Shown: one piece after another, positions 33,061 to 35,853 of the stretch
Numbering within the stretch: position 1 is the first letter of the stretch
How the letters are laid out: every line of letters begins with the position of its first letter
Source of the DNA: Lenisia limosa
Lineage: Eukaryota; Protista; Breviatea
Length of the DNA stretch: 35,853 nucleotides
Direction of reading: 5' to 3'
Assembly (NCBI GenBank): GCA_001655205.1
Contig: LPNZ01010012.1
Location: forward strand, 1-35,853
Made by a program: the position numbers and the translations under genes
Notes under the pieces: generated by a model
The model's database searches: none
The model's input: only the letters and a program-made list of their open reading frames with translations
Told to the model about the DNA's origin: nothing

Positions 33061-34970
33061 ATGGCGGGTTATCTTATTTGAGAGTGTTTGTTCACTCTTT
33101 TTTTGTAGATGCTTTTTTGGACAGGGATTCTCACCTTACTATGACGGGTTTAGTTATACACACCTAGTTCTTGAGTCAAATGCTCATTTTTTGTAGAGGA
33201 TGAAGGCGCAGTTTTCGAAACCTCTAAGGAGATTAAGGTCCTCACCAGCTTCGATGATATGAATCTTAAGGACGATCTTATTCGCGGAATCTACGGATTT
33301 GGTGGGTTTTTCACAAATGTTACTTCTTTGTGTTTTTAGGGGACAAATTGTCGAATAAATGCTCTTTTTGTTTTTAATGATGGTATTGACTGCTTGTTTA
33401 GGTTTTGAAAAGCCTTCTGCTATCCAAGCAAGAGCTATCAACCCTATTTGCCGTGGAAGAGATGTTATTGCTCAAGCCCAGGTTGGTTTTGCATGGATTG
33501 CGTACCACTTCCCTTAAGTTACCAGTTGATCTTTTGGCTTTTTGCTCTTTTCTATCCCCTTTGCTCATCACTTAAGTCTGGTACCGGTAAAACCGCTACT
33601 TTCGCCATCAGTGCTCTCCAGAGCATCGATACTCAGAGCAACCAATGCCAAGTTCTGGTGCTTTCCCCCACCCGCGAACTTGCCCAACAGATTCAGAAGG
33701 TTGGTGACTCTTATTGTTTAGGGAATGAAATACACATCATGACCTTTGTTTATGAAATTGGTCTGATTACTCAGGTTATTGTCTCTCTTGGAGAGTTCAT
33801 GTCCGCTCGTGTTTGGTGTTGTGTTGGTGGTAAGTCCGTCGGCGAAGACATCCGTCGCCTCGAGCAGGGCCAGCAGATCGTTTCCGGTACCCCTGGACGT
33901 GTGATTGACATGATTCAACGCCGTGCCCTCCGCACTCGTGACATCAAAATGTTCATCCTTGATGAAGCTGACGAAATGCTCAGTCTTGGTTTCAAGGAAC
34001 AAATCTATGACGTCTACAGATACCTTCCCCCTGCCACCCAGGTTTGTTTAATTCCTTTGTTGGGTCTTTCTCATTGTTCAGGTTATCCTTCTTTCCGCCA
34101 CCCTCCCTGTCGAAGTCCTCGACATGACCAGCAAATTCATGAACAAGCCCATGCGCATCCTTGTCAAGCGTGATGAACTTACCCTTGAGGGTATCAAGCA
34201 GTTCTTCATTGCCGTTGAGAAGGAGGAGTGGAAGTTTGATACTCTTTGCGATCTCTACGATTCTTTGACCATCACACAAGCTGTTATCTTCTGTAACACC
34301 AAGCGCAAGGTTGGTACTCTCACAAATGACTAACTTCTTGAAATATCTTCTTACTTTGCAGGTTGACTGGCTTGCCGAGAAAATGCGTGAGGCAAACTTC
34401 ACTGTTTCCTCCATGGTGAGAATCATCACAAATTCACTTAGCATCACACTAAAGCGATAACAAGACTAACAATGCAGCATGGCGAGATGGTTCAGAACGA
34501 GCGTGAGGCTATCATGCGTGAATTCCGTGACGGCAAGAGCCGTGTTCTCATCACTACTGACGTGTGGGCCCGTGGTCTTGATGTCCAGCAGGTGTCTCTC
34601 GTGGTCAACTACGATCTCCCCAACAACCGTGAACTTTACATCCATCGGTAAGCCTGCGCAGCTGTTTGAACCAGTGTTTTGTTCCCTTCTGACCTTCATA
34701 GTATTGGTCGGTCCGGTCGTTTTGGACGCAAGGGTGTGGCTATCAACTTCGTGAAGAATGAGGATATCTCCATCCTCCGCGATATTGAGCAGTACTACTC
34801 AACCCAGATCGACGAAATGCCAATGTAAGCCCCACCACCCTTTCCACATCTTTCAATTGACCTGACACCTTTTTTTTTTTTTTTTTTTNNNNNNNNNNNN
34901 NNNNNNNNNNNNNNNNNNNNNNNNNNNNNNNNNNNNNNNNNNNNNNNNNNNNNNNNNNNNNNNNNNGTAA
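33061..34970 (+). CDS. EIF4A3: DEAD-box RNA helicase eIF4A-III (exon junction complex core); last exon in N gap
   Basis: [165 protein letters not shown]. The [14 protein letters not shown] and [10 protein letters not shown] variants favour eIF4A-III over eIF4A-I. Confidence 0.95.
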
Positions 34971-34989
34971 TTTGTATACTAGTTTTTGG

Positions 34990-35580
34990 ATAATGAATGG
35001 TTTTACACCATAACAACAGAGCATTATTATTCAGTAATTTTGCCATTTCAGAGTTCTTGCTCTCAACTAACTCAGTATTCGTATCGGCAGTCTTCCGTAT
35101 TCTTCTAGAAACCATTCTCAGAGCACTCTAACTAAAACTCATTTTTGACAAAAAAGGGTATTTTCAGAATAGTATTATTAACTGTGAAAAAGATATTTAT
35201 CACCCTTCAATATAGCTAATATCTCACAGAATAATCTTTGTGTCGTTGATATCCTTGTGATGCCATTATATTGAAAGCAAGCAATTCCCCCCGCTCTTCT
35301 TTTCGCCTAAACTGAGATAATATGAAACGTTCTTTCATTCTACTCCTAAATATAACACTAGGCCCAATTGATTTCGAACTAGAATACATAAATTCCTCAT
35401 TATAGACTCAAAACGAGCCAGCAAACCCAACAAAAACGTCTTAGGATTCCAGACTTTCTTGAACCAAAGACAAAAACCTGGCAGTGATCCCGGGGTCGGC
35501 TGCCTCACCCTAGATAATCAGAGAGAGATAAAGACGAGAGGGATGGAAACTTAGAAAGAAAAGGAGCATACCTTATCAAA
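34990..35580 (-). CDS. Possible 3' part of a further spliced gene
   Basis: Minus-strand open stretch SALRMVSRRIRKTADTNTELVESKNSEMAKLLNNNALLLW plus nearby exon-like blocks. No family recognised and no firm model. Confidence 0.25.
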
Positions 35581-35853
35581 AGCGNNNNNNNNNNNNNNNN
35601 NNNNNNNNNNNNNNNNNNNNNNNNNNNNNNNNNNNNNNNNNNNNNNNNNNNNNNNNNAAAGCAGCTGCAACCGCTGATGATTGTGTGTTTTTCAACAACT
35701 AAAAAAAAACGTTAACCAGTAGAAAATAATATCAAGAATGATGCAAAAAGATTAGATAGCAAACCTTCGAAAGGGCGGGATAAACATGGGACTGAAGAAC
35801 CTGCTTTCTAAACAAATTAGTAGATTCACACAAGACATAGGGAACAAAAGCGA

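Noticed and set aside
1443-35657. N gaps abutting long poly-C/G/T/A runs
   Set aside because: Most likely sequencing or assembly dropout at homopolymers; gap content cannot be interpreted.

Overview
This is gene-dense, intron-rich, AT-rich eukaryotic (protist-like) nuclear DNA using the standard genetic code. The naive ORF track mostly reads through introns or antisense strands, so I rebuilt genes by hand from GT..AG junctions. About 14 spliced genes are present. Clearly recognisable: Hop2 (10114-12112 +), ERGIC3/Erv46 (25385-27884 -), eIF4A-III (33061-~34970 +), a WD40 protein, and the C-terminal half of an ADCY10-like STAND/TPR protein ending in CaaX. The most unusual element is an intron-containing gene (12506-~13930 -) encoding a phage tail-collar domain plus a fibre with five HxH motifs and N-glycosylation sequons, which looks like a domesticated phage tail-fibre protein. 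Also notable: three unrelated introns whose 3' ends carry tandem duplications with a ~27-nt unit, a MYCBP/AMY-1-like module inside a giant Glu/Lys-rich protein, and an AACCG-rich hAT-like remnant in an intron. I found no rRNA, tRNA or CRISPR. Gene models and family calls come from manual reading and remembered motifs, not database searches. Several exons fall in N gaps.
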